A DNA stretch of 62,460 nt from a virus (IMGVR_UViG_3300027852_000006:1-62460); one strand, 5' to 3'; positions 18,157 through 28,722 are shown, counted from the first letter of the stretch. The notes: a model not told the origin generated them from the sequence alone. Made by a program: numbers and translations.

Positions 18157-18232
18157 TCGCAGAACGGTCGGAATATAGTCGGAAAATGGTCGCAGAATGG
18201 TCGCAAGTTGGTCGCAGAATGGTCGCAGGAAT
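18157..18232 (+). repeat. Degenerate 11-bp tandem repeat (ATGGTCGCAGA), about 7 units
   Basis: Seen directly. Confidence 0.8.
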
Positions 18233-18263
18233 AGGTTGGTTTGTCTTTATATGTGGGGTCATT

Positions 18264-18701
18264 ATGGTTATTCGATTAAAATGGCAGGAAGCTGAAAAGC
18301 GGGTGTTTGTCTCAAAGGGGGATGAAGATTGTTTTGCTAAGGTAATCCAAGCGGCCGCAAGGGCAAGCTATGCGGATGAAAACTCCACAAAGTTCGATGG
18401 TAAGTTTCGCGAGCTACTTAAATACCTCACAGAGTCAATCAACACCGATTTTCGTCAATTCAGCATAAAAGACGTATATTTGACTATCCACCGCACTTAC
18501 CTTCTGTTTGTGCTTGTAACTGATGATATGGAATATAATTGTGATCTTGAAGATAGGTTAAGTGATTTGGAGCTTGCTGTTGCCCGCAATCCTGATTTTA
18601 GTTTGATTTGTCTCAGCGCCTTGTGTTTGCCGCCTGTTTCTTCGGATTCAATGTCGAGTTTTCTTAATTCTGATTACACGCTAGTTTTCCCACATATCTA
18701 A
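18264..18701 (+). CDS. Hypothetical protein
   Basis: Probable start MVIRLKW; the upstream extension is the DNA repeat. Confidence 0.6.
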   Translation: MVIRLKWQEAEKRVFVSKGDEDCFAKVIQAAARASYADENSTKFDGKFRELLKYLTESINTDFRQFSIKDVYLTIHRTYLLFVLVTDDMEYNCDLEDRLSDLELAVARNPDFSLICLSALCLPPVSSDSMSSFLNSDYTLVFPHI

Positions 18702-18702
18702 C

Positions 18703-18823
18703 ATTGTGACATAGATCACAATCTATTGGCTCGGAATAAGCACAGGAATGGGCCCAAAGTCACTTAAAAGTTAAGATAGGTAAACCTCGTGTATATATAG
18801 GTAATTGTGACATAGGTCACAAT
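18703..18823. promoter_or_regulatory. Two palindromic TGTGA-N6-TCACA (CRP/FNR-type) boxes upstream of terS
   Basis: tgtga-cataga-tcaca at 18705-18720 and tgtga-catagg-tcaca at 18806-18821. Confidence 0.65.
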
Positions 18824-18899
18824 CTATAGTTATTGCTGTATAAGACTTGTAATTCTTAATTTCCCTGTCAATTTAGGTAGTTTAGGTAATTGTGGTAAA

Positions 18900-19496
18900 A
18901 TGGGTAAACCAACAACAGGTGGGAAAAAAACCAAGGGTCGGCTTACGGCAGCTAATAAAAAGGCCTTTTTGCGTGCGTATCGCAAGACCGGCAATATAAC
19001 CAGTTCAGCTAAATCAGCCAAAATATGCAACACTTCCTTTTATAATATGGCCAAAAGGGACGAAGCATTTGCTGCCGATTGTGCTGCGGCTTTGGACGAA
19101 TACGCCGACTCATTGGAATTGGAAGCCGATAGACGGGCACGGGAAGGGGTAGAGGACCCTGTTTTCTATCAAGGCCAGCAGGTGGCCACCAGGCTCAAGT
19201 ATTCGGATTCTCTGCTGGCTTTATTGTTATGTGCCAATAGACCGGCCAAATTCGCAAGGAATCAGCAGCAGCAGGTGGTTGTCGGTGGCGAGGTGCAGCA
19301 TATCCACAAGCTCGAGCCAGAGGCACAGCGTCGGCAGGCAATGGAGATGGGTGAGCGTATGTCTGCATTGGGCTTATTGGATAAGCAAGACAGTGGATTG
19401 TTTGGCGGGCCGAAGGTGATAACGGAACCGGAACCAGTAGCGGTAGAGGTGGCAGCAACAGAACCGGCAGAGGAATCGGTAATAAAAGATGACTAA
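18900..19496 (+). CDS. Terminase small subunit
   Basis: KKAFLRAYRKTGNITSSAK HTH; LELEADRRAREG...KYSDSLL; coupled to TerL. Confidence 0.85.
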   Translation: MGKPTTGGKKTKGRLTAANKKAFLRAYRKTGNITSSAKSAKICNTSFYNMAKRDEAFAADCAAALDEYADSLELEADRRAREGVEDPVFYQGQQVATRLKYSDSLLALLLCANRPAKFARNQQQQVVVGGEVQHIHKLEPEAQRRQAMEMGERMSALGLLDKQDSGLFGGPKVITEPEPVAVEVAATEPAEESVIKDD

Positions 19497-21276
19497 TACT
19501 ATGTTGGCAGATGCTAGTCCATTACCACAAGACGTATGTGATGACCTTGCAAGACTTCGTCAGACTGTCCCTGCGTTCTGGATTGAGGACCATTGTAAGA
19601 TTGTCAGTAAAAGCGGCGAGCTTATTCCGCTGGCGTACAATGAAAGTCAGTGCCATACGGACCGGATTATCGGTGAAATGGAACTGGCTAAGATGCCGGT
19701 CAGGGTTATCCACCTCAAAGCTCGTCAGTTGGGTGAGACTACCAGGGGATGTGCCAGAATTTACAATAACGCTTGTACTCTCACGAACCGCAGATGTTTA
19801 ATAAGTGCTCACGACAGTGACAGTTCGATCAACATTTTCCGTAAGATTCAGTTATTTCAGGAGTGCAATCCGGAGAAAATAGCACATAAGTACAGTTCTC
19901 GCAAGGAGTTGACATTCAGTTCTGCCAACAATAGTTCAAGTATCTTGGTTGAGACTGCTGGTAAGGAGAAACTGGGTCGTGGTAGTACATTCGATGACTT
20001 TCACGGCTCTGAGGTAGCATTCTGGGACAATGCTGGCACGACCATGTTGTCAGTAAATCAGTGCATTCCGGGTATGCCTGGCACGATGTCGATTTTAGAG
20101 TCGACTGCAAATGGTGTTGGCGGTTATTTCTACGAAACATACAGGAAAGCCAAAAAGGCCAAATGTGACATTGACAATAAGGCGATGGTGATTCCTGAAC
20201 CTGACAAGCAGGATTGGAACGGTTATTACCGGGTGTTTAATCCATGGTTTGTATGCAGTGAATACAGGTCGGTGGTACCGAGTGATTTTGTCAGGTCTCG
20301 TGACGAGCAGCTTTTGGTTGATAGATACGGACTTGACAACGAGCAGTTGCAATGGCGACGCAAGGTGATATCTAGCGAGTGCAATGGTGACGGTGACTTA
20401 TTCAGGCAAGAATATCCATCTGACGACAGTGAAGCGTTTTTGGTTTCTGGTCGTGGGGTATTCGATTCGTTCATAATCAAGTCGATGGTTGACAATTGCA
20501 GGCCTGCTAAGCATATTGGTCAGATGGGCGGTCCGCAGGAATGTCCTGAATTTGACGAATACAACATGAAGTGGTTAGAGGTTTGGCAGTTACCATCGGT
20601 TAATAAGGATGATATATACGCTATTGGCGTTGACACATCGGAGGGGTTGGACCCTGAGCAGAGCAATAATCCTGACGCTCATAGTGCTCATGTTATTCAC
20701 GTCAATTCGGCTCGTGTGGTTGCCAAGATAAGTGGTCGATTTGACCCGGACATTTTCGGTGAACAGTTGGATTTGCTTGGTCGCTGGTATAATTGTGCAT
20801 TGCTTGGCGTTGAGGTGAATAATACAAGTGGTGGCAGTGTTCGCAGTATATTAAAGCGTTTGTGTTATCCCAATTTGTATTACAGGGAGATACTTACCAA
20901 GGAAATCAACACTGAGACTGACACAATTGGGTGGTATACTGACAAGGTAAGTCGTGGCATACTTGTGACTGACGGCACTAAGATGGTACGTGAGAGGTCG
21001 TTATATATACCATCTATACAGACCATATATCAGATGCAACAGTGGATTTTTGACAAGAACGGTCGGGCCACTCATACTGTTGGTGAGCATGACGACGATG
21101 TAATCAGTTTACTGATTTCATGGCAGATGGCAGCCATAGCGACTATTGTTGGAGCCAGACAGATAGTGGATACTACCGGAGAATACGCTGACGGTAGCAA
21201 TAGTGACGGTGTTCGTTTCACCTCTGACATGGTGGTTGGCGGTCATGAGTCACCTATGAGTTACCTTGACGAATAG
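19489..21276 (+). CDS. Terminase large subunit
   Basis: LKARQLGETT Walker A, HGSEVAFW Walker B, ESTANG, GVDTSEG and HDDDV nuclease motifs. Confidence 0.95.
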   Translation: MTNTMLADASPLPQDVCDDLARLRQTVPAFWIEDHCKIVSKSGELIPLAYNESQCHTDRIIGEMELAKMPVRVIHLKARQLGETTRGCARIYNNACTLTNRRCLISAHDSDSSINIFRKIQLFQECNPEKIAHKYSSRKELTFSSANNSSSILVETAGKEKLGRGSTFDDFHGSEVAFWDNAGTTMLSVNQCIPGMPGTMSILESTANGVGGYFYETYRKAKKAKCDIDNKAMVIPEPDKQDWNGYYRVFNPWFVCSEYRSVVPSDFVRSRDEQLLVDRYGLDNEQLQWRRKVISSECNGDGDLFRQEYPSDDSEAFLVSGRGVFDSFIIKSMVDNCRPAKHIGQMGGPQECPEFDEYNMKWLEVWQLPSVNKDDIYAIGVDTSEGLDPEQSNNPDAHSAHVIHVNSARVVAKISGRFDPDIFGEQLDLLGRWYNCALLGVEVNNTSGGSVRSILKRLCYPNLYYREILTKEINTETDTIGWYTDKVSRGILVTDGTKMVRERSLYIPSIQTIYQMQQWIFDKNGRATHTVGEHDDDVISLLISWQMAAIATIVGARQIVDTTGEYADGSNSDGVRFTSDMVVGGHESPMSYLDE

Positions 21277-21287
21277 GGATTAAGGCG

Positions 21288-21464
21288 ATGGATTTTGATC
21301 GTATAATATTTTTATCTGGTTTTTTATCTGGTGGTTTTATTTTCGCTTTAGGCTGTTGGTTTGGTGCCAGGATAGTATTACGTGCTATTGGTGGGAGTGG
21401 CAATGTAGTTTTTAATGGCGAATCTGACAGCATAGGTGATACGGCTGGTGAGATTTTACAATAA
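21288..21464 (+). CDS. Small single-TM protein (58 aa, below the ORF track cutoff)
   Basis: MDFDRIIFLSGFLSGGFIFALGCWFGARIV... Confidence 0.5.
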   Translation: MDFDRIIFLSGFLSGGFIFALGCWFGARIVLRAIGGSGNVVFNGESDSIGDTAGEILQ

Positions 21465-21479
21465 TAGAGGCACGTTGAT

Positions 21480-21812
21480 ATGAGTCATCCACTTTTTGAA
21501 AAACTAAAGCAGGCTATGGACGCTGAACATGCGACACCTTGGCAGGCTGGGGAAAAGACAAAAGAACAAATAGAGACCGCTCTTGATGTGGCTCCAAAGC
21601 AGTTGTCTGATAATTTTATTGCTAATGCCAGGACATGGGTGGTCCGTGAGCTTCAGGATGCCGAAAACGAAAAAGTCAGGGCATCGTTAATGGCAAGTTT
21701 ACCGAAGACGTTGACAGATAAGTTCCCTGCCGTTCAGTCAAGGTTCGATGGCCGCCACAGTAAGATCATAATCTATCTTGACGGTATATCTGTTGGGGCG
21801 GAAGATGACTGA
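21480..21812 (+). CDS. Hypothetical protein
   Basis: ORF with gagg RBS. Confidence 0.6.
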   Translation: MSHPLFEKLKQAMDAEHATPWQAGEKTKEQIETALDVAPKQLSDNFIANARTWVVRELQDAENEKVRASLMASLPKTLTDKFPAVQSRFDGRHSKIIIYLDGISVGAEDD

Positions 21813-23334
21813 TTATTACGCGAATAACGTAATGGTTGGCGATAGCCCTCCTGTTCCAATGGGCTTTAGGGAAACTATAACTCCTTGTCTTTTTTCAGGA
21901 GCATCCGCTAATATAGTAGGCCAAACAGATGCATTTACTAATGTTTCGGCAGGTGATCCGCTTTACATATGCGATGTTGGCGATGGAGCGGCGATTGTCG
22001 GGATGTATCGCGTTGAAACTAAGACTGACGACGAACACTTAACTCTTGACCGGAATGGGGCATCCGCTGAAGCAATGAATATAACAGTAGCGGCCAACCC
22101 TCGCAATGGGTTGCTTGAGACTGGTTCAGGTGGATTGGAATACGGGCCTTTCCCATCAATCAAATACGCTCTTGATGGACAACTATCGGCAGGCGACATT
22201 TTATGGGTCAAATCGGGCGATGGTTGGATACTTGATAATATAGATCAACAAGCAAGCACAATTACTGTATCTAGTTGCGGTGTGGTTGCAAACAATACAC
22301 GGGTATCAATCAAGGGCTACTACGAAACGAAAGGAGATATGTGTCCCGGCGGTACGTATCATGGAACACCAATGGACGCACTACTTGACTCCCTAAGCCT
22401 GCCAATGCTCAACCCAAACGCTAAGTGGGTGGATATTGACGGTGATGGGATAGCTGCTCATTTAATCAGTACCGCAGATGACAACATATTCTGGCATAAT
22501 TTTTCTATACACGGAACAACAGGTAATTATAATGCAATTATGACAACGGCGGCAGTTGTCGGTGGCGGGGCCGTTAATTGTGTATTCGACGACGTATTTG
22601 GAGCGGTATACTACCATACGTCATCACGCGGCGTTCTTTTTCGTAATTGCGCTGTTGGATTAAACACTGTTTTGCGGTCATCTGGAAGTTCAATCGCGAT
22701 GCGAGGTAGTGGATGCCTGGTGTTAAATAATATTGGCAAAGAGGCAAACGGCAGGAGGCACTTAGGTTTGGAATACGTAGGAGAGGATGAAACATATGGC
22801 GGCGCTGTGATAGGTAATTTATTTATCGGTGGCACTAGTTCTCGAAGCCAGACGGTAGGCTCTGTCTGGGCGAATAATACGTTCTGGGACTGTGAGCGGA
22901 CCAGCGATCCAACAGAGACTGGAGCGATCAATATTGTTGCTGGCACTAGTGGGCAAGACGCGATAAGTTTTATCTTCAACAATGTCATGTCTCCCAAACA
23001 CATCACTGGTTATGGCGTCAAGATAGATTCAGGAAAGGGTTCCGTGAGTGTCAACGACAACAATTTGATTTATAGTCAGACGGCTGGAGCCGTCTTGACT
23101 AATAAATATGGTTCCGGTGGCAACACAATTCCCGACGGAACCGGAATCATTGAGGTTGACCCGCAGTTAGCTACGAACTCATACGAGCCACGAAACAGGA
23201 ATGTATTAAATGGCGGACATTCGGGTATAGCCGGTTTGGCTTCTGGTATGGGCGTTAGACTCCCAGAGTTTATAGGTGGTAGTTTTGCCAGGCGTACAAG
23301 GTATCAGTCAGGTTTATTAAAATACAAGTGGTAA
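21805..23334 (+). CDS. Right-handed beta-helix (pectin-lyase-like) virion protein, copy 1
   Basis: PFPSIKYAL..AGD.LWVK.G entry motif; NC, NN and NNTF ladder; start MTDYYANN. Confidence 0.7.
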   Translation: MTDYYANNVMVGDSPPVPMGFRETITPCLFSGASANIVGQTDAFTNVSAGDPLYICDVGDGAAIVGMYRVETKTDDEHLTLDRNGASAEAMNITVAANPRNGLLETGSGGLEYGPFPSIKYALDGQLSAGDILWVKSGDGWILDNIDQQASTITVSSCGVVANNTRVSIKGYYETKGDMCPGGTYHGTPMDALLDSLSLPMLNPNAKWVDIDGDGIAAHLISTADDNIFWHNFSIHGTTGNYNAIMTTAAVVGGGAVNCVFDDVFGAVYYHTSSRGVLFRNCAVGLNTVLRSSGSSIAMRGSGCLVLNNIGKEANGRRHLGLEYVGEDETYGGAVIGNLFIGGTSSRSQTVGSVWANNTFWDCERTSDPTETGAINIVAGTSGQDAISFIFNNVMSPKHITGYGVKIDSGKGSVSVNDNNLIYSQTAGAVLTNKYGSGGNTIPDGTGIIEVDPQLATNSYEPRNRNVLNGGHSGIAGLASGMGVRLPEFIGGSFARRTRYQSGLLKYKW

Positions 23335-23393
23335 TACATGTTTGAGCAAATAGAAATAGAAGTCACTTCTGGTGGCTATGGGCGAGGTGGACA

Positions 23394-24923
23394 ATGACTG
23401 ATTATTACGCGAATAATGCGATGATTGGCGATAGCCCACCTATGCCGATCGGGTTTAGAGAATCTAATGCTCTGTGTTCTTTTGCCGGAGCGGCCACCAC
23501 GATAACAGGCCCGGCGAGTGTGTTTACTAATGTTTCGGCGGGCGACCCACTTTACATATGCGATGTTGGCAACGGCGCGGCAATCGTTGGGATGTATCGT
23601 GTCGAGACTAAAACTGATACAGAAAACTTAGTACTCGATCGCAATGGGGCGTCTGCTGCGGCGACAGGTGTAACAGCGGCATTTGTTCCGCACGATGGGA
23701 CGGCTGAGGATGGCACATACGTGCCATCAGACCACGGACCTTTTCCATCAATCAAATACGCTCTCGATGGTCAATTGACGGCAGGTGACACTTTATGGAT
23801 TAAGGCGGGCAGCGGTTGGACGCTTGACAACATAGATCAGCAGGCAAGTACGATTGATGTCACTAGCGGCGGTGTAGTACTAAACAATACACGGGTGTCG
23901 GTCAAGGGATATTATGAGACGATAGGAGACATGTGTCCCGGTGGTGCGTATCATGGGACGCCTATGGATACTTTGCTTGATTCCTTAAGTTTGTCAATGC
24001 TCAACCCGAACGCCAAATGGGTAGACATTGACGGTGATGGGTTAGGGGACCATTTGATTGGCATTGCAGACAATAACATATTCTTTCATAACTTCTCTAT
24101 ACACGGGACGACAGGTAGCCATTATGGAATCATAACATCGTCCGCAGTTGTCGGTGGCGGTGCCATAAATTGCGTGATTGATGACGTGCATGTAGCGTTT
24201 TACTGCCCACCTTCATCGTATGGCGTCCTCTTAAAGGATTGCTCTATCGGGCTAAATATCGACGTGCGAGCAACTGGTTATTTAATCGGGATGCGAGGTA
24301 GTGGATGTCTGGTATTGAATAACATTGCCAAGGCGGTAAGCGGTCGTGCGCATTTAAGGGTGGGTAGTGCAGGGGCGGATGAAATATACGGCGGCGCTGC
24401 AATAGGTAATTTGTTTATCGGCGGCACTCACTCCCAGGGTTACGCGATAGGAGTTGTATGGAAAAATAATACCTTCTGGGACTGTGAGAACACAAGTAGT
24501 CCAGCACTGGCAGGGGCGATAAATGTTGTTGCTGGCTCTGGCGGGCAAGACCCTCTGTCTTTTGTTTTCAGTAATATCATGTCTCCCAAATATATCACGG
24601 GTTATGGAATTAAGATAGATTCGGGTAAAGGGTCTGTAAATATCAACGATAATAATCTGATGTATAGCCAGACGGCTGGAGCCGTCTTAACCAATAAATA
24701 CGGCTCCGGTGGCAACACAATCACTGATGGAACTGGAATATTGGAGGTTGACCCACATCTGTCAGAAAACGTATACGAGCCACAAAACCACTTAGTACTA
24801 AGTGGTGGCCTACCAGACATAACTGGCTCGGCCACTGGCATGGGAGCGAGATTGCCTGAGTTTATAAGAAGGTCTATTAGACGCATAAGATATCATGTGG
24901 GATCGTTTATATATAAGTGGTGA
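23394..24923 (+). CDS. Right-handed beta-helix virion protein, copy 2 (tandem duplicate)
   Basis: Colinear paralog of copy 1 from MTDYYANN to YKW. Confidence 0.7.
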   Translation: MTDYYANNAMIGDSPPMPIGFRESNALCSFAGAATTITGPASVFTNVSAGDPLYICDVGNGAAIVGMYRVETKTDTENLVLDRNGASAAATGVTAAFVPHDGTAEDGTYVPSDHGPFPSIKYALDGQLTAGDTLWIKAGSGWTLDNIDQQASTIDVTSGGVVLNNTRVSVKGYYETIGDMCPGGAYHGTPMDTLLDSLSLSMLNPNAKWVDIDGDGLGDHLIGIADNNIFFHNFSIHGTTGSHYGIITSSAVVGGGAINCVIDDVHVAFYCPPSSYGVLLKDCSIGLNIDVRATGYLIGMRGSGCLVLNNIAKAVSGRAHLRVGSAGADEIYGGAAIGNLFIGGTHSQGYAIGVVWKNNTFWDCENTSSPALAGAINVVAGSGGQDPLSFVFSNIMSPKYITGYGIKIDSGKGSVNINDNNLMYSQTAGAVLTNKYGSGGNTITDGTGILEVDPHLSENVYEPQNHLVLSGGLPDITGSATGMGARLPEFIRRSIRRIRYHVGSFIYKW

Positions 24924-24972
24924 TAACAAAAAGCTGTCATGTCTATTTTTAGTAATGCAGAAAGGGTAAACG

Positions 24973-25236
24973 ATGGATGATTATGTAAAGGTATTTGTAA
25001 AGATTATTGGTGATGATGACGCTCACTCTATGGCGGTATCAAGGGAAGATTCTAAGGTTTTAATCCAGAAATTTGACGAGCAATTATCTTTGGTTATTAC
25101 TGGCAAGATAATAGAGTGCAGTGGTTTTCCAAAAAATGACATAATCACCAACAAAGATGTCACTGTTTTATTAAAGAAAGATTCTTTATCTTATATAGAG
25201 ATAACAGAAATAGGGATTGAAGGCGAAGAATGCTAG
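24973..25236 (+). CDS. Hypothetical protein
   Basis: ORF with RBS. Confidence 0.6.
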   Translation: MDDYVKVFVKIIGDDDAHSMAVSREDSKVLIQKFDEQLSLVITGKIIECSGFPKNDIITNKDVTVLLKKDSLSYIEITEIGIEGEEC

Positions 25237-25267
25237 ATAATTATTTGATATGTAAGGAAATTTAATT

Positions 25268-26101
25268 ATGAATCTTGACACACCACAAGATGCGTGGAAG
25301 GTTATGAACCAGGCGACGCAGACGGTAGCCGCTGGCATTGATGGTTCTATACTATCGTCTGCTGGTAGTACTTTAACGGTTAATGCTCCTGTATTAGCTT
25401 ATGGTTCTACCTGGGCTAATGCGGCGCAAAATCCAGCTAAGTGGCCGTCGGTGTCGAATCGCATACCAGCAGGCGAAGGTTATAATGGTATGATATTACG
25501 TTTTTTAGTTGCTGATAGTGATAATGATGAGGTAACGGCAACTATTTGGAATAGGGATGATACAAGCGGCTCTCCTTTTAATTTTTTAGTGCTTAATCCG
25601 ATCCGTGCTGGTACTGCGGTTTGTAATACTCATCCAGTAGCCAATACGGCTATTGGTAATTCTTTAATTAACCTTGCTTTTACTTCTGGTGGTACTGCCG
25701 CTGTTGTGGCAGGTGATACTATTACTGGGGCTACAAGTGGAAGCACTGCTACTGTAACTGGTGTTACGGTTACTTCTGGAACATGGTTGGGTGGTGATGC
25801 TGTAGGGATAATTTATGTTTCTTCTCCGTCTGCCGCTTTTCAATCGGAGAATCTAAATACTGGCACACAGGACAATATATGCACTATTGCTGCTGACGTT
25901 ACTTATTTTCGTTACGCGGATACAATTACAATAGCCACTAATCACTGTGAAGCAACATCGCTTGGCACCGCAGGTGACAATGGTATTATTGAAACAACTT
26001 TTGATTTGTTGGGCAATATGGATGCTTTTTGTGATTTTGATTGTGATTTAGGTAGTGGTACTGACGGCACTGACGCGATATGCTTATATAAACTCTTTTG
26101 A
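25268..26101 (+). CDS. Putative virion structural protein
   Basis: Thr/Gly/Ala-rich beta protein, AGDTITGATSGSTATV motif. Confidence 0.55.
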   Translation: MNLDTPQDAWKVMNQATQTVAAGIDGSILSSAGSTLTVNAPVLAYGSTWANAAQNPAKWPSVSNRIPAGEGYNGMILRFLVADSDNDEVTATIWNRDDTSGSPFNFLVLNPIRAGTAVCNTHPVANTAIGNSLINLAFTSGGTAAVVAGDTITGATSGSTATVTGVTVTSGTWLGGDAVGIIYVSSPSAAFQSENLNTGTQDNICTIAADVTYFRYADTITIATNHCEATSLGTAGDNGIIETTFDLLGNMDAFCDFDCDLGSGTDGTDAICLYKLF

Positions 26102-26112
26102 GATTTTAGTTA

Positions 26113-28194
26113 ATGAGTAAAAAGAGCAAAAAAAAGGCTTATAATCAGGATATTAAGCTCAACTGTAAAATTGACAGCATGGTGTCCGTTGGTCGTAAGC
26201 GTGTCCAGCAATTTGCTGATATGAACCGGTTGGGTGTTCGGTATATTTATGGCGATCAGATAAGCAAGAAACGTAAAAAGAACTGGGATTATCCGGTAAT
26301 CAATCGTTGTTATGCTGACATGACTCAAGAGATAGCGATATTAACTGCTAATAATCCTCGAATAGAAGTTTTACCAAGAGAAGATGGTGATATTGATGTA
26401 GCCAAGAATGCTGGAATTGCATTGAAGGGCTATTGGTCTGATGTACTCAAGATGCGGATAAAAATCATTCAGGCCGAATATGATTGTCATATAAATGGGG
26501 TAATGATAGCTAAATGGTTTTACGAGCCTAAATCTAAGTGGAATCATAAAAAAGCCGATCAAACGGGTGATGGATGGGAAGGCGAAATCAATGTAAACAT
26601 TGTGCGACCATGTTATTTTGGTTGTGACCCTGACGTTGAGTTAGCTGTTGAGATACCCACTAAGGCAAGATTTATTTTCACTGAACGCTGGGTGGATAAG
26701 CGATGGGCGGCTCATCGTTGGCCTAAATACGCCAAGTATTTGCAGGATTGTGGTGAAATAGACAAAGAGGGCAACTTTATAAGTGATGAAATAGAGGTTG
26801 ATGATACAGGTGGCGGAATAGGTGCCGACCAGATTGGTTTTGACCAGTCAACTAACGATTGGAATGGCAAAGAAAGTGATAATCTTAGCGAAGAACAATT
26901 ACAAAAAAGGCTAGCCAATGTGATATTGGGGGTGAATGATAGCGGTAAATCTGATGATTCTTCGTCAAATAATATGTCAGTAAGAGTTCAGGAGATATAT
27001 TTTCGGGATTATACCACAAAAACTGTTGAGTCATTGAAAAGTGACTGGCCTGCTGGTCAAGGTGAAGCTGAACACATATATCAACAGGATGACGACCCAA
27101 CTTATTATGATTCTACCAAGCCTAAATATGACGAAAATGACAACACTGTTGGGCATGAAGCATTTACTGGTGATTGGCCACAGAAGGAGATAAGGCCGGA
27201 ATATCAAGAACCGTTATATCCTACTGGCAGATTTGTCATCAGGTTGGGTGGTGATGTTATTGTTGAAGATAGGGCATGGGAATATGATAATTGGCCGTTT
27301 GCGGTAGCTCCATATTATCTATTGCCTCATATATGGCAGGGCGTCAATTGCGTAGAGCTTTCCCGTGGGTTCCAAGACTGGATGAATACAATTGCCAGTC
27401 ATCTGACTAATTACATCAAGTATTTTTCTGATCCTCACATATGGGTGGAAGAGGAAGCGTTAGTTAGGGACAGTGACAAGAAAAAACAAACTTTTCCTAA
27501 TTGGGCTGGTTCTATTGTACGATTCGCCAGGGGCAAGATAGGCCGTGCTATTCGACATGAACCACCTTCATTGCCACCAACATTATTTCAGATATTTGAA
27601 TTATTTAGAAGTTCTGACCAAGATTTGAAGGGTGTGCATGATGTAACCCAAGGCAAAGCGTCCACAGGAAAAAACACATTGGGCGAAATGGATATGCTCA
27701 ATCGCAATTCACGCCAGAGGCTTGCCTTGCAAGGTGCTTTTTTAGATGTATTCTTGCATCAGATTAACACCGGTATATTAGAGTTGATGCAAAGGCATTT
27801 AGACCCCGGCAAATGGATAAGATGGACTGGCGATAATGCTGATTCGGCAAAATCTTCTATTCAGTGGACGCAGGAAATGGTAGACTCTGAATTTGATGTG
27901 ATATTGGAGCCAGTTTCTACGCTTCCATACGACGAGGAACGCGAGTCAGGTAAATATAAGATGGCTTTAGATGTGGTCGGCCCGGCTATGCTGGAAGATT
28001 TTCTAAAGAAATTAAAGATTCAGAACGTACCTAAAATTATGGCTAACCATGAAATTGTTGGTCCATTGACTCAACTATTGGAAATGGCTAAACAAAGTGG
28101 CGTGGGACCTGAACAGTTACTTATTGCTGTAAAAGCTCAATTGGATCAGGTTAAGATTATGACAGAAAAAGGAGAAACTGATGGTATCGAATAA
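26113..28194 (+). CDS. Portal protein (P22/BPP-1-like)
   Basis: 693 aa; PVIN...NNPRIEVLPRE, WPFAV.P, QD.MN, GVHDVTQG, FDVI motifs; position before scaffold and capsid. Confidence 0.85.
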   Translation: MSKKSKKKAYNQDIKLNCKIDSMVSVGRKRVQQFADMNRLGVRYIYGDQISKKRKKNWDYPVINRCYADMTQEIAILTANNPRIEVLPREDGDIDVAKNAGIALKGYWSDVLKMRIKIIQAEYDCHINGVMIAKWFYEPKSKWNHKKADQTGDGWEGEINVNIVRPCYFGCDPDVELAVEIPTKARFIFTERWVDKRWAAHRWPKYAKYLQDCGEIDKEGNFISDEIEVDDTGGGIGADQIGFDQSTNDWNGKESDNLSEEQLQKRLANVILGVNDSGKSDDSSSNNMSVRVQEIYFRDYTTKTVESLKSDWPAGQGEAEHIYQQDDDPTYYDSTKPKYDENDNTVGHEAFTGDWPQKEIRPEYQEPLYPTGRFVIRLGGDVIVEDRAWEYDNWPFAVAPYYLLPHIWQGVNCVELSRGFQDWMNTIASHLTNYIKYFSDPHIWVEEEALVRDSDKKKQTFPNWAGSIVRFARGKIGRAIRHEPPSLPPTLFQIFELFRSSDQDLKGVHDVTQGKASTGKNTLGEMDMLNRNSRQRLALQGAFLDVFLHQINTGILELMQRHLDPGKWIRWTGDNADSAKSSIQWTQEMVDSEFDVILEPVSTLPYDEERESGKYKMALDVVGPAMLEDFLKKLKIQNVPKIMANHEIVGPLTQLLEMAKQSGVGPEQLLIAVKAQLDQVKIMTEKGETDGIE

Positions 28195-28486
28195 TGGAGA
28201 TTTGAACGAACGGGAAAAGGCGTTAAAGGAAGGCCATACTTGTGGTAGTTGTTCATTTGCTGCTTTAGTGGCTATTCCAGCGATACCGCCGAATGATCAT
28301 GTAGCTACTCCGGGCAAGATAATGGCGGCGTTTTTGGTTAGTTGTATGAACAGGGACAGTCAAAAATTTACTGATGCCGTAACTGTGAACTATAGTTGTT
28401 CTTTATGGAATCAGCGGGAAAAGCAAAAGGAATCAAAAATAATCACATTGCCAAAAGGTAGTAAGCTGGCGGACAGAATACAATAA
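28181..28486 (+). CDS. Small Cys-containing hypothetical protein
   Basis: CGSC...C...CSLW. Confidence 0.55.
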   Translation: MVSNNGDLNEREKALKEGHTCGSCSFAALVAIPAIPPNDHVATPGKIMAAFLVSCMNRDSQKFTDAVTVNYSCSLWNQREKQKESKIITLPKGSKLADRIQ

Positions 28487-28500
28487 AAGGAACATACAAA

Positions 28501-28722
28501 ATGAGTCAACATGAAGATTCAATGATTAAAATAGGAAAGTATTTTGATTATTTTCTAAATCAGCAGCCAAGATTTTATGGTTCTGTGAAGATCAATTTTC
28601 AAAATGGAGTGCCAGGCAAATTTGTTAATATCGAGGGCACTGACAGTATGTCGAAAGATTCAACAGAATGTACAATTGATTCTGGCATAGATACTGATGA
28701 TAAAGGTTGTGAGTCGACATAA
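28501..28722 (+). CDS. Small protein, DUF2292/YezD-like
   Basis: FYGSVKINFQNG motif. Confidence 0.45.
   Translation: MSQHEDSMIKIGKYFDYFLNQQPRFYGSVKINFQNGVPGKFVNIEGTDSMSKDSTECTIDSGIDTDDKGCEST

Noticed and set aside
18157-18232. CRISPR mini-array
   Set aside because: 11-bp contiguous units with no spacers
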